Shown in pieces: positions 15,464 through 15,464 of a DNA stretch of 15,464 bases (its first letter is position 1; each line of letters starts with the position of its first letter). The notes beneath the pieces are model-generated. The model ran no database searches, was not told where the DNA came from, and worked only from the letters and a program-made list of their open reading frames with translations. The DNA is taken from the NCBI GenBank assembly GCA_011364975.1, contig RDOE01000075.1:1-15464 (forward strand). Direction: 5' to 3'. The DNA is from Promethearchaeota archaeon. Lineage in GTDB: Archaea; Asgardarchaeota; Lokiarchaeia; Sigyniarchaeales; SOKP01. Position numbers and translations under genes: made by a program.

Positions 15464-15464
15464 C

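Noticed and set aside
1-15464. CRISPR arrays, tRNA/rRNA genes, IS elements, tandem DNA repeats
   Set aside because: None seen. Intergenic gaps are short and AT-rich, with no GC-rich structured segments, periodic repeats or transposase/integrase motifs.

Overview
A very AT-rich, densely coded window with 13 complete CDSs and one partial CDS at the right edge. Low GC, TATA-like promoters, T-tract terminators, a stand-alone zinc-ribbon protein and the lipid/redox gene mix suggest an archaeon, most plausibly Asgard (Lokiarchaeia-like); this is inference only. The left part encodes a membrane-anchored alpha/beta hydrolase with a degenerate CAAX-protease-like C-terminal domain, a membrane-embedded M28 peptidase, a repeat-built small membrane protein, a TLP1-type thiolase-like protein, an Fe-S aldo/keto reductase and a small zinc-ribbon protein. 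The right part is a divergon. On the minus strand is a FixC/FixX-like flavoprotein-ferredoxin pair with no ETF genes in the window. On the plus strand are two different VAO/PCMH-type FAD proteins flanking a CCG-domain Fe-S protein, then an SCP2-like lipid carrier and a CrtC/AttH-like beta-barrel enzyme. This divergon is the best candidate for an undescribed anaerobic system acting on a hydrophobic (lipid, isoprenoid or alkylphenol) substrate. I saw no RNA genes, CRISPR arrays or mobile elements. All family calls come from reading motifs by eye, without database searches.
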